From the human T2T-CHM13v2.0 reference genome, Homo sapiens: a DNA stretch of 64,000 nt. The position numbers were made by a program, and so were the translations under genes. The notes under the pieces were generated by a model. That model was given only the letters and a program-made list of their open reading frames with translations, made no database searches and had not been told where the DNA came from. Each line of letters opens with the position of its first letter. Positions within the stretch are counted from its first letter, which is position 1. The stretch is from the NCBI RefSeq assembly GCF_009914755.1, contig NC_060926.1, one strand, 5' to 3'. Below, one piece after another: positions 43,770-57,391 of the stretch.

Positions 43770-44254
43770 CTATAAAAGTGTGAATTTATATCAGGGTTCT
43801 CTATTCTGTTCCATTGGTTTATGTGTCTGTTTTTATACCAGTGCTATGCTGTTTCAGTTACTATGGCTTTGTAGTAAATTTTGAAGTCAGGTAGTGTAAT
43901 GACTCCAGCTTTGTTCTTTTTGTTCAGGATTGCTTTGGCTATTCAGGGTCTTCTGTGGTTCCATATAAATTGTATAGTTTTTTTTCTATTTTTGTGAAAA
44001 ATGTCATTGGTATTTTGATAGGGATAACATTGAATCTGTAAATTGCCTTGGGCAGTATTGTGATTTTAACTATATTAATTCTTCCAATTTACAAACATGG
44101 AATATCTATTTTGTATGTGTGTCTCTTCAATTTCTTTCATCAGAGTTTTACAGTTCTCCTTGTACAGAACTTTCACTTCTTTGGTTATATTGACTCCTAG
44201 GTACTTAATTTTTTTTTGTAGCTATTATAAATGGGATTGCCTTCCTGATTTCTT

Positions 44255-44557
<303 letters not shown>

Positions 44558-46221
44558 TGATTTATTTTTTAGATTGTTTGCTGTTGGTATATATAAGCGC
44601 TGCTGATTTTTGTATGTTAATTTTATATCCTGCAACTTGACTGAATTCGTTTATCAGTTCTAACAGTTTTTTGGTGGGGTCTTTAGGTTTTTCTACATAT
44701 AGGATCATGTCATCTGCAAACAGGGCTAATTTAACTTCTCCTTTTCCAGTTTGGATGCCCTTTCTCTTCTTTTCTCTTGCCTAATTGCTCTCACCAGGAG
44801 TTTCCATATTATGTTGAATAAAAGTGGTGAAAAGTGGGCATCCTTGTCTTTTCCAATGCTTAGAGGGAAAGTCTTCAATTTTTCCCCATTCAGTATGATT
44901 TTAGCTGTGGGTTTGTCATAGATGGCCTTTATTATTTTGAGGTATGTTCCTTCTATACTTATTTTGATGAGGGTTTTCAATCATAAAGGTATATTGAATT
45001 TTATCAAATGCTTTTTTTTGCCATCTATTGAAATAATCATATGGTTTTTGTTATTTATTCTGTTAATGTGATATACCATGTTTAGCGTCAGTCACTGGAT
45101 TTTTACTTAGTCCTTTTGGGAAGCTCATGGTTCTCTTTGTTGGTGTTTCTTACGGGTATACATCTACGTCTTTGCATTGAAGGATTATTCATTCCTGTTT
45201 TTTCTGTCCAGCTTGTTTTGTTTTTTATTGAATATATTTGCTTAGCCTATCTTTACTGGTAGGTCACTGCCTCCTTTTTGGCTCAAGGTGGCTCTTTAAG
45301 CCCAGGTTCTCCTCAGCTATAGTAAATGATCAGAGTTCTGCCTGTCCCAAATGGTGCGGTCCTAAAGGGATTATCCCAGCAGTATGTGAAGGCTGGCAAG
45401 GAGTTCCTGTCCAAGGGACCTGTGAAACATACCTCCTAAAGTGTGGTGCTGCTGAATAACCACTGTGATTTGGCGTCTCCTTTGGCCAAGTTCCAGAGCA
45501 GAGTTTCCAGGGTGGAGGATAGTAGTCCTGCCTACCTACTCTGTCTCTGCCTCTCCTAAGGGATATTTCTTCATTTAAGCAGTCATGATGCTTCTTGTGG
45601 ATTAACACAAGGGCAGGTCTCCTACCAGGGACCCCAATATAGTGTGACTGCTGGTTGACCACCTTAATCTTACTTTTTCCAGTATAGAAACTGTGAACTG
45701 AAGTGAAGATTTTTCCATTCACTTGTTGCCAGGCAGAATAGGAGTAAGGGGTATGATGGATGTGAAAGTCCAATTCTCCTACCATCTGCTCAGAATGTTT
45801 TCACTTCTCTGTGGCCCTGGGATCTGTATCATCCTCATATTTGAGTTCTGGGTTGTTGTTGGTAGAAATCTCACCGTTGTATATTTATTTCTGGTTTTCT
45901 GTGGGAGGGGGAGTTAAGGCAGCTTGCATTTACACTGCCATTTTAAATCCAGAAGTTCCTCCTTTTTAAAAATGTAGGCATTTACCACTATAAATTTCCC
46001 TGTGAGCATGAATTTTGCTGTACCCCGTAAGTTTCACTGTTTTCATTTTTAATTTCTGTCAAATTTGACAATGTGATTTCTTCTGGGACCTCTTAAGAGT
46101 CTTTTGTTTAATTTCAATATATTTCTGAATTTTTCAGTTTCCTTCATTAATTTCTAGGTTCATTCTACTCTGACAGAAACTGTTTTGTATGATTTGTCTT
46201 TTTAAATGTATTCAGACTTGT

Positions 46222-46513
<292 letters not shown>

Positions 46514-47065
46514 CCAGACTTGTTTTGTGACCTAATATAGGATCTATCCTGCAGAATACCCTTGAGAAAAATGTATATTCTGCTGTTGTGGGTAGTGGGT
46601 AGTGTATTCTGTTTATGTATCTATTGGGTGTCGTTAGTTTATAGCATTGTTCAAACCCTCAATTTCCTTATTGACTTTCTCTCTAGAGGTGGGACATCTA
46701 GAGAGATGGGACAGAGCTATTGAAGTCATCAACTATTAGTGTATAACTTTCTATTCCCTTCAATTGCATCAATGTTTGCTTCATATATCTTGGTCTCTGC
46801 TGTTTGGTGCACACATGTTAAATATGTAATATCTTCTTGATGCATTTTCTCTTTCATCAATATATGATGTTCTTCTTTGCCTCATGTAATAATTTTTGTC
46901 TTAGCATCTTATTTTATTTGTTATTAGTACAGCCACCCCACCTCTCTTTTGGTTACCACTGCATAGAATATATTTTTTCATCCTTTCACTTTGAACCTAT
47001 TTGTGTCTTTGGATATAAAGTGAGTCACTTCTAGAACATATATGGTTGGATCATGTTATTTAATC

Positions 47066-47399
47066 CAGTGGTCCCCAACTTTTTTGACAATTTTTCCATG
47101 GATGGGGTGGGGAGGGGGTGATAGTTTTGGAATGAAACCATTCCACCTGAGAGCATCAGGAATTAGATTCTCATAAGGAGCATGCAACCTAGATCCCTTG
47201 CATGTGCAGTTCACAATAAGGTTCATGGTCTTATGAGAATCTAATGCTGCCACTGATCTGACTGGAGACAGAGCTCAAGTGGTAATGCTCAATCTCCCAC
47301 CACTCACTTCCTGCTGTGTGGCCTGGTTCCTAACAAGCCATGGTACCTGGGGATTGGGGACCCTAACCAGGTCCATGGCCTGGGGATTGGGGAGCCCTG
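47066..47399. mobile_element. MER1B hAT-Charlie DNA transposon
   Basis: TIRs CAGTGGTCCCCAAC / ATTGGGGAGCCCTG; 8-bp TSD ATTTAATC (47058-47065 / 47400-47407); internal tagattctcataag...cttatgagaatcta hairpin. Confidence 0.92.
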
Positions 47400-48084
47400 A
47401 TTTAATCCGTTGTTTCAATCTTTGCCTTTTAAGTATCAAATTTTATCTATTTACATTTAAATTGATTACTGATAAGAAAGTACATCTACCATTCGCTATG
47501 TCTTCCATAAATCATATGTGTTTTGTTATATAATTCTTCCAATACTGCCTTATTTTGCAAATTTTTTCCAGTGTACCATTTTAATCTTCATTGCCTTTTC
47601 TGTATATATTTTTAGTTATTTTCTTAGCGGTTACCCTAAGGATTATAATTAATGTACTAAATTTATAACAATCTAGTTTCAATTCACACCAACGTAGCTT
47701 CAATAACATACAAATACTTTGCTTCTCTATAGCTCTATCTACCCTGTTATTATTGTCATAAATTACATGTATATATATTGTATCCCCATTTACATAGGTT
47801 TTAATTATTGTTTCATGTATTAATTTTTAAATCATGAAGAAAACTTACAATCTAAAAATACAGTAGTATTGTCTTTTATATTTACCTATGTAGTTATCTT
47901 TACACGTTCTTTATTTCTTTCTATGGCTTTGAGTTACTGTCCAGTGTCTTTTCATTTCAGTCTGAAGAACTCCTTTTAGCATTTCTTATAAGACACGTCT
48001 ACTAGCAAAAACTCCCTCATCTTTTATCTAGAATGTCTTAATTCTCCCTCATTTTTAAGAGATAATTTTGCTGGATATAAAATT

Positions 48085-48373
48085 CTTTGTTGTTGGTTTT
48101 TTTCTTTGAGACAGAGTCTTACTCTGTTACCCAGGCTGGAGTGCAGTGGTGCCATCTCAGCTCACTGCACCCTCTGCCTCCCAGGTTCGATTCTCCTGCC
48201 TCAGCCTTCCGAGTAGCTGGGATTACGGGCTTGTACCACCACATCTGGCTTTTTTTCTTTTTTTGCATTTTTAGTAGAGATGAGGTTTTGCCATGTTGGC
48301 CAGGCTGGTCTCAAACTCCTGACCTCAAGTGATCTGCCCACCTCGGCCTCCCAAAGTGCTGGGATTACAGGTG
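48085..48373 (-). mobile_element. AluS, slightly 5'-truncated
   Basis: Reverse-complement Alu ending at gggattacaggtg. Confidence 0.88.
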
Positions 48374-48432
48374 ATTTTTTTTTTTTCTTTAAACAGTTTG
48401 CATATGTCTTCTCACTGCCTTCTGGCCTCAAT

Positions 48433-48534
48433 GATTACTAATGAGAAAAGTATCTGTTAACATACTGAGGATCCCTTCTACATGGATTACTAATGAGAAT
48501 ATCTGTTAATATATTGAGGATCCCTTCTACATGA
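48433..48534. repeat. Tandem duplication of ~50 bp
   Basis: gattactaatgagaa...tatctgttaa(c/t)ata(c/t)tgaggatcccttctacatg occurs twice. Confidence 0.92.
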
Positions 48535-50229
48535 CAAAATACTTCTTACTTTCTGTTAAAGATTCTCTCTTTGTCATTTGGTTTTGATTATAATGTGTTT
48601 TGGTATTGATCTTTGAGTTGATTCTGCTTGAATTTTGTTGAGCTTCTTGCATGTGCAGATGCATGTCTTCAATCAAATTTGGGATTTTTCTACCATAATT
48701 TCTTCTGATAGTCTTTCTTCTTTTTCTAGGGCTCCCATAATATATATGCTGCTATGCTGCATATACAGACTCTGTTCATTTTTCTTCATTTTTAAAATTT
48801 TTATTCCTCAGAGTTGATCATTTCAATTGTCCTATTTTCATGTCCTATTTTAATGCTTCTTCTGCCAGGTCAAACTTGATGAATGCCATCTAGCAAATTT
48901 ATCATTTTGGTTCTTATATTTTCCAGCTCCAACTTTTCTATTTGGTTCATTTTTATAATTTCTATCTCTTCATTGATATTCTCTATTTGCTGAGGCATCA
49001 TTATCCTGGTTTCCCTTAGTTTACTGTCCATGGTTTCCTTTAGCTTTCTGAGTTTAAAGGAAGACAGTTGATTTTAAGTCTTTGTCTAGTAATTTCAATG
49101 TCTGGGCTTCCCCAGGGATACTTTCTATTTTTTTTTCTTTTTTATGTGAATGGGCCATACCTTCCTGCTTTTAAACTTTTGTTGACATTTTAAATATTTT
49201 AATGTTATAACTCTGGAAATCAGATTATTTCCCTCTCCATGGTTTGCTATTGTTACTGCTGAGGGCTGCAGTCACCCATTTTATTAGTGACATTCCCAAA
49301 CTAATCTTGCAAAGCCTGTATTCCTTGTCATTTGTGGTCGGTGAAGTCTCCATTTCATTATCTCTGTCATTAGCTGGTGACCTAACAGAGATGCCTTTAA
49401 ATCCTGAAGCACAATAACAAATGAACAAAGACAAAAATTTTCCGAGAACTAGGGCACTCCTTCACTGTTTAGCCAGGCTGCCTGACATTCTGCCTTACCA
49501 TTTCTTTCTTACTTGTGCAGACTCTGAAAGTCCTCCAGAGGTGTAAACCCAGGGTGCATCTCATTATTTCTGAGCCTGTGTCCAGCTCTGGGCATGGTGT
49601 TGTACACAATTCACTAACATATGCAAGTAGCTATTCATGGCTCCTATTCACCCAAATATCTTTCTCCTCATCCTTTTCTTTCCCAGGTTTCTTTGGTCTG
49701 TCTGCTGCTTTCCCCATTTGCCATCCCTTGACTGAGACAGCTAGGTATTTTCTCAGACATATAGGTATTACATGTCTTTACATGCTTTAGATACACACTG
49801 CCAGAAATGCTATTCCAGCCTGAGGGATGTGAAAAAACCGAACCTCTGTATCAGTTCCTCTGGAAACCACCAGACTGGTCAAAATACACAACCACAGTTT
49901 CTGAGAACAAGGTTTGTAATGGCCCTCTGGCACCAACTAACCACACCAGAAATGTCCTTATGGCCACTATCACACTGGGAACTGGGGGTGATACACAGGT
50001 AACCAAAATGCCACCATGCTTTCTAACCAAAATTTAGCAGCTTCTATCTTCATTAAGCACTCACCTGATTGCTCTGTTTCATTAGATTCTTTATAATCTA
50101 ATTTTCAAAAAATTGATTCTGTCAGTTTTTGCCTACTTAACAGTTGCTTCAGTGGAGGCATTAATTCTTGGAGCTTCTTACTCAGCTGTGTTTAATGATA
50201 TCACTCCTGCTTCTATTTATAAACCGCAG

Positions 50230-51690
50230 TGTGGCATCTACTACCATATACATCTCCAATTTCCTATTACACAGAAAATTTACTACAGCCCCAGTTGCTG
50301 CATTCTGAAGTTTATCACTGTATTTTCATGTTAGGACTACACTTTCCATAAGCTGCTCCTAGGCAATGGGTGATTATTCAGAAAGAGCAATACTAAGGCA
50401 GTCTGTTTCTAGGTGACATAAGGCACTTTAGTTGGGCAACTTTGGCTTGAAGACTCCCAGTGCCCTTTCTGTAGAACCGCTCTGCAGTACATGCAGTTGG
50501 CAGGACACAGATAGGCAAGTCTCACTAAGTCAGTGGAATTTGCTGATTGCTACTAAGCTGTATATGCTTTCAGGAAGGCTAGTGAAAGACTGAGTGCTAT
50601 TTACAGGTAATGACTAAATGTGACAGAGAATCTCTCTGGTAGCTCACAGAGGTTCTTATCTTCTTAATTTGAAGGGCAGACATAGTAGACAAGTAGAAGA
50701 TCTAATTGTTGATCAGAACTCTAGAGATGTTAAGATGCAACATCAAGGCAGGTCTGCTTTACTAAAGTCAGGGAACTGCTTAGTAACACTTGGAATCCTG
50801 AAATATGAAATGGGTACCTCTGAATAGATGCCCTTGAGTATTCTGATACTGCAGAACTCTTGAATCTGAGCCAGCACTCCACTGTACTAGAAGAAGCTCA
50901 GAGACCTTTCCCCACAATGTAGTACCTACTCCCCTCTCTCAGGAAATGCCTCTACCTTTATCCTGGCTGCCAGGCTGATAACTACAGTCAAATCTCAGCA
51001 CAATCCAGCTGGGGACATGATGAACCTGATAAGGTAGGAGACTATACAACTAAAGAGTTGCAAGAATTCGACACTATGTGCCAGCAAAAATAGGGGAGCA
51101 CCTCTCGGATTGGATTAAGAGGATGCTTGAACATGGGAGCTGGAATGGAAAACTGGGTAAGAGTCCATTTATGTGGAGGTACTTTTTCAGGACACAGGAT
51201 TTAACACCTTACTGAGGAGCCCAAGAGATGGAGCTAATTGCTGCTGGAATGGCTCTTAGATGCCTGGAAAAAGTAATGTCCAATACTCAATGAAGTGAAA
51301 TACCCCAATTGTTATGGCACAAGAAAAAATGGAAAGCATAGCAGGGAGAGTAAGAATCATTTGAAGCCGAGATGAGATGCAGTGACAGTGGGTTCAGTTT
51401 ATATTATGAACCTCCCATTTCACCTCCCCTCAGTTACTATGGAATAGCTGAGCCTATGTGGAAAAGTAGACCTATTCAGCCAATAGGTGGATAGTGGAGA
51501 TCTTGAGAATGCACCCCTCAGATTTCTGACTTCATTCAACAAAATAGACCAGCAGCCCTGGCTGCTATGGTCTGAAATCCATTAGTGCATCTGCACAGAA
51601 CATATAATTCCCACAGGCTGCTCCCAGCCAATCCCCAGCAGGGATTCTAGGGCAGCTCCCTTTCTGGGAGACATGGAACTGCCTGTTATT
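50230..51690 (+). mobile_element. Highly degraded ERVL-class element (LTR16/HERV16-like: two LTR pieces around gag-like internal sequence)
   Basis: Related segments ttccataagctgctcctaggcaatg (~50345) and ttcccacaggctgctcccagccaat (~51610), with a PPT-like aataggtggatag before ~51495. Family assignment is tentative. Confidence 0.5.
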
Positions 51691-52169
51691 GTTCTTTGCC
51701 TAGCCTCAAGTCATCTCACTCTATGAATGCATAGCTCAGAGTTCAGCCAAAGACTCAAGGTGACTCTTATGTAGATTTATGGAGCTCTTTCTCCACAAAG
51801 CACCTGCCTCTCCAGTACACAAACCTGCAAATTCAAGCTGCCTCATCTTCCCTGAACTCCAACTAACTCAAAAAACTGCCATGTTCCACTTGCATTCCCT
51901 CTCTTTGCTCTCTGGTCTAGAAAGTGCCTCTCATCATAAAACCAGAGGATCATAAGGTTGACCTCATTTGTTTTTAATTCTCAGGGATCAGAGTCCTATA
52001 CTGTCAATCTTTTAATATCTAAAGACAAATTTTCAGTGCATTTTGTCCAGTTTAATAATTGTCTATGGCAAGAGGGTCAGTCTGTTTCCAAATAATTATC
52101 ATAGCTGAAAGCAGGAACTCTCAAATAATATTTTCATTAAATATTACAACCCTAACAACAATAGCCACA

Positions 52170-52610
52170 GTAACAACAACAGGTAATATTTATTAGGATC
52201 TTCTGTGTACTAGTTACTATTTTAAGTACCTTACATATATTAATTCATTTAATCTTGACAACAGCCCTGTTAAATTGGTAGTACTATTATCCCCATTCAA
52301 CTGATGAGAAAACTCAAGTACAGAGATGTTAAATAAGAGTTGCCAGGTGAAACACAAGACACCTAGTTATATTTGAACTTCAGATGAATAATAATTTTTG
52401 ATTATAAGTATATCTGATACAATATTTGGGACATACTTATATGAAACAATTATTTATTATCTGAAATTCAGACTTAACTGGGCATTCTGTATTTTTGCTA
52501 AATCTGGCAACCCTTAACTTGTCCAAGCTCCCATAGCTACTCAATTGCATAGTAGGACATGGAGCCTGGCAGTCTTGCTCCAAAACTCACACTCTTTACC
52601 ATAGTGTTGC
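52170..52610 (-). mobile_element. MIR interrupted by MER53
   Basis: aattcatttaatcttgacaacagccct...tattatccccattcaactgatgagaaaactcaagtacagagatgttaaa|MER53|taacttgtccaagctcccatagct. Confidence 0.8.
52335..52514. mobile_element. MER53 palindromic hAT MITE
   Basis: TIRs agagttgccag / ctggcaaccct; self-complementary body (tttgaacttcagatgaa / ttatctgaaattcaga; tataagtat / atacttata). Confidence 0.9.
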
Positions 52611-53159
52611 TCTACTGTCATTGGAAAAGAATTAAGTATTTGCCCCAGGCTTATAGATCCTTCTTTAGATCTGGTTCTTTGGTTTTCAGAATTCAAGATT
52701 AGAAATGCCATGTTGTAGTCATGGAAAAAGAATGATCAAGTAGCTCCCATGTTGGGCTGTTTTTGTGGGGGGGTCATTGGGTGTTGAAGAAATAACTTCT
52801 GAGAGGGGGAAATTGCCCCCCCCCGCCCCCGACTGGATATTCATCTGAGCTTTATTGAGTCCCAGCTATGGCCCTGACTTTTGATTGTGGCCCTCCCTAA
52901 TGCCAGCCCCCTCTTTGACTTATATGTTAGGGACCTAAACTTCTGTCATTTTGGACCTTGCAAGTTTTAAAATTAGTATCATTCAAAAGTTATCATCAGC
53001 TAGATGTCAGCTATAACTACATTTACTTTTATGGGGTATTTTCAAAATCCCCTAATGCTTGATGTCCTGTGGTAGGACTAAAAAGTTTAGAAAAACTAAT
53101 GACATTAGTCTTTCTCACCTTAAGAAACTCAGTCTAGTAGGCGAGATAGCCACAAACAC

Positions 53160-53400
53160 AATGATAATAGCTATCACTTACAAAGTACTTAATACATGCT
53201 AGTCACTTTATTATTTATTATTTATAATCTTGGCATTTAATTAAAGTTTGGTAAGTTCTTCATCTATAAAGATGGAAATAATAGTAATAGCTTAAGTAAC
53301 TCACCCAAAGTTACCCATCCAATAAATTAGGAAGCTGGGATTCAAACTTAGTTGTGTTTGACTCCAAGCCTTGGACTTTTCAAAAATTACTGCATGCTAT
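53160..53400 (-). mobile_element. MIR fragments
   Basis: aagtaactcacccaaagttacccatccaataaattaggaagctgggattcaaac...tgactccaagcc, plus a short opposite-orientation core piece (ttcttcatctataaagatggaataatagta). Confidence 0.65.
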
Positions 53401-55076
53401 CTCCACAACTGACTTAAACTTCAGACTATAAGTGCTATAGCAGAGCTGTCAATGAAGAATTAGTGAAGCATTCATAACTAGTGCATCCTCCTCAATACCT
53501 AGTAGAGGGGCTATTCTTAATTATAATTGCTGTTGATTATTGAGATGACATGTACCAATTAATCTTATTGTTGGTGTTATATTTCTAAAGACATTATTTC
53601 TAAGACTTTTTTCTGACAGCAATGATGAGGAAACTGGTAATAGACTGACTCTATTACCATATAATAATGGTAGGAGATACCATGTATATTTAATTGTGCT
53701 TATATGGGTATTGATGATATAATGTTGCAAAATGACTACGGACATTATAATTACATGAAAAATAATACTAAGTTGAAGAATAATTCCATGACAGTAAATC
53801 AGTCTAAAATAAATTAAAATAGAAAACTCCAAATTAATGGCAGCAAGTATATTTAAAAAATAAGAATATGAGTAAAAAGATAAGGCCCAACAAAGGAGAG
53901 TTTCAACACTACTGTTTAACCAAGGATATGCCTCTGGAGAAAACTGTTAACAAGTGGGAACATATTCTGGCTCTTCAGACATCAGGGATATTCAGAAAAG
54001 CTGAGCTGATAAAATAGCAGTATAAATTGTGGACCTGAAAACATGTTGAGATAGTGAGATGTCCATAGAAGTTTTCAGAAATGTTTCTCATGGCCACTTA
54101 TGGAAACTACAACCGAGTTCTCCTGTTGAAGTAGGAGAGGTCTGTGTGCCTGTGTGTTTAGTATAGGGATGAAAATTTGTGATTAATAAATCTGTAAAAA
54201 ATTTACATGGATTGGTTGTTCATGTTAAATTTTGTCTGTGAAGTATGAATAGAAGTAATGATTTAGTCAAAGTTCCTGGTTTTTTTTTCTAGAAATATGA
54301 GGTTGTTGGAAGTACCTGTTTCTTTACTAGAAATTTTAACTCATTGTTTTTGTATATATAGGGCATAAATTTCAAAAATAAAATAATTCAGATCTTAGTT
54401 TAAATGTATAGAAGTACAATTTTATTATTCTAAGTCATAAAGTACTAAAAATTTATTTTCTTTTAATTTTATTTTAGTTAATTTAAAACCCATCCTAAAT
54501 TTCACTCTATTCTAAGCTGTATCAAATTAACCACTACTCATGACTATTTTGTACCTCTAGACTATCTCTTTCTATATGAATTATTTTCAAAGATAAATTA
54601 TTTCTGATTAAATTATAACATCATACAAAAATTAAAGGTTTATTGGCATTTTCATTAATCAATTAATAATGAATGGTAGTCAGAATCCTCTGGGGAAAAA
54701 AAACCCAAGTTGGTTTCTTTCCTTTTTAGCCCCCATATAAAAAAGGTATATAAATCTGCATTAAAATGACACATTTGAAGTTGAAGCTGTTTGGCTTAGG
54801 AACAGTCTTATTTTCATCCTTTGAAGAGAAAAATACCTTTACGAAAAGGGAGGCTTATAAAAACTAATTTACTAGGCTAGCTCTACCCCCTGGTTTCTTA
54901 CAGCACTGCTCATCTCTGCTGAATAAAAAAATAGCAGGATTATTTCAATTTAGTTGCAGGCTCTCCCAGATCACATTCAGGGAATAGGCTAAATTCCAGC
55001 CCTCCTTTTCTGAAAGACTGAAATGGAAGAATTCATGGGGTATAGGATTTCCTCTCCTTAATACTGTGTGCTTCTC

Positions 55077-55574
55077 CGTATGTTTACTGCGGCACTATTC
55101 ACAACAGCAAAGACTTGGAACCAACCCAAATGTCCATCAATGGTAGCCTGGATTAAGAAAATGTGGCACATATACACCATGGAATACTATGCAGTCATAA
55201 AAAAGGTGAGTTCATGTCCTTTGCAGGGACATGGATGAAGCTGGAAACCATCATTATCAGCAAACTATCACAAGGACAGAAAACCAAACACCACATGTTC
55301 TCATTCATAGGTGGGAATTGAACAATGGGAACACTTGGACACATGGCAGGGAACATCCCACACCGGGGCATGTCGGAGGGTGCAGGGCTGGGGGAGGGAT
55401 AGCATTAGGAGAAATACCTAATGTAAATGACTAGTTGATGGGTGCAGCAAACCAGCATGGCACATGTATACCTATGTATCAAACCTGCACATTGTGCACA
55501 TGTATCCTAGAACTTAGAGTATAAAAAAAGAAAATAGGAAATAGAGAAAATCAACGAAACCCAAAAAAAAAAAA
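55077..55574 (+). mobile_element. 5'-truncated L1PA (PA4-PA7-like) 3' end with a second A-tail
   Basis: Perfect 17-bp TSD AATACTGTGTGCTTCTC (55060-55076 / 55575-55591); L1PA 3'UTR. Confidence 0.93.
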
Positions 55575-55989
55575 AATACTGTGTGCTTCTCTTTTGCATA
55601 CACCCTCCTCTCTCTAACAGCCATATCTGAGCCAACCCATTGTCAGTCCCTGGAAGTTGCGGGTTTAAGGCTTACACTGTGAGCTACTGTCCATTTGATC
55701 TGAGGTCTAAGCCCTTTCTTTGCAGGGCACAGTATAGGGTATGTTGAAAGAGGAAGGACTGTAATAGTCCTTCCCACTCCATTTTGGCTCTAAATTGTAC
55801 TCTTGCTTAGTGTAGGGATTATGTAAAGCTTTGGATGTCTACTGGCAATTTGCAAGCATTTCTGTGGCACGGCAAGGCAAATTATAAGCTTCTATGGTGC
55901 TTTGTTTACCTACTAAATGCAAATAGCCAATTTATATACTTTTTAGACCTTTCCTCCCTCCCTTGCTTTCTATCCTGAAATCTAATTAA

Positions 55990-57391
<1,402 letters not shown>

